From the NCBI GenBank assembly GCA_028715505.1, contig JAQURS010000002.1, positions 38,658 to 102,657 on the forward strand: a stretch of 64,000 nucleotides of DNA, written 5' to 3'. A program made the position numbers and the translations under genes. Positions 63,843-64,000 of the stretch are shown here, piece after piece. The first letter of the stretch is position 1. Each line of letters begins with the position of its first letter. Origin of the DNA: Patescibacteria group bacterium. Lineage in GTDB: Bacteria; Patescibacteriota; Patescibacteriia; 2-12-FULL-60-25. A model generated the notes under the pieces. It did not search any database, was not told the origin of the DNA, and was given only the letters and a program-made list of their open reading frames with translations.

Positions 63843-64000
63843 TCATCGCCTTGGTAGGCGGAGGAACCATGGGGCCAACGGCTCCTATTTTCGCCCTCCA
63901 GAAAAAGCTAGCGGAAAAACACCCTCAGGCTAAATTTGTCTGGGTCGGCACGCCCGACGGCCCGGAAAGGGGACCAGTCGAAAAGCTGGGTATTCCTTTC
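63833..64000 (+). CDS. murG: MurG-like glycosyltransferase, 3'-truncated by the window edge
   Basis: Hand translation gives MALVIALVGGGTMGPTAPIFALQKKLAEKHPQAKFVWVGTPDGPERGPVEKLGIPF, open to nt 64000. Gly-rich N-terminal loop and dcw context. Confidence 0.5.
   Translation, partial: MALVIALVGGGTMGPTAPIFALQKKLAEKHPQAKFVWVGTPDGPERGPVEKLGIPF

Overview
This is a gene-dense bacterial chromosomal segment of about 80 protein genes. It uses the standard code, with TGA, TAA and TAG all acting as stops at the expected ends of conserved proteins. I found no rRNA, tRNA, CRISPR array, transposase or integrase by eye.

Housekeeping content:
- glyA-folD-HAD operon
- murC/murB
- hpf
- secA, then secD-secF
- a D-Ala-D-Ala carboxypeptidase, followed by rlmN and mnmA
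- alaS
- the infA-rpmJ-rpsM-rpsK-rpsD-rpoA-rplQ-rplM-rpsI block
- a surface-glycan cluster: flippase, fused glycosyltransferases, a GT-C-like membrane protein, rfbB and rfbA
- ogt
- priA-def...fmt
- ctp, pyrG, rpmA
- mraY-ftsW-murG

Several core proteins are minimised: RpoA lacks the alpha-CTD, AlaRS lacks the C-Ala domain, and the PriA helicase motifs are degenerate. Together with many orphan secreted or membrane proteins, tight or overlapping gene junctions and a fragmented dcw cluster, this fits a small-genome Patescibacteria/CPR-like organism. That placement is inference only.

Most notable non-standard signals:
1. A family of G/C-clamped hairpin elements. Two copies bracket a DUF559 nuclease gene wedged between murC and murB. 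One copy sits in-frame inside fmt. Two fill the glyA-folD spacer.
2. SecD carries a roughly 245-aa tandem parvulin (PPIase) insertion.
3. A promoter-led four-gene module directly after secDF: a membrane protein, a TM-less VirD4/TraD-like ATPase with a CxxC-x17-CxxC zinc ribbon and a long disordered tail, an alpha/beta hydrolase, and a 632-aa orphan.
4. An AT-richer accessory island between secA and secD, rich in nucleotide-handling domains.
5. A recurrent -35/17 bp/-10/6-11 nt/ATG geometry that implies leaderless first cistrons.
6. A helically phased CGTCC/GGACG pentamer array.

All coordinates and motifs were read by hand. No database search was possible.
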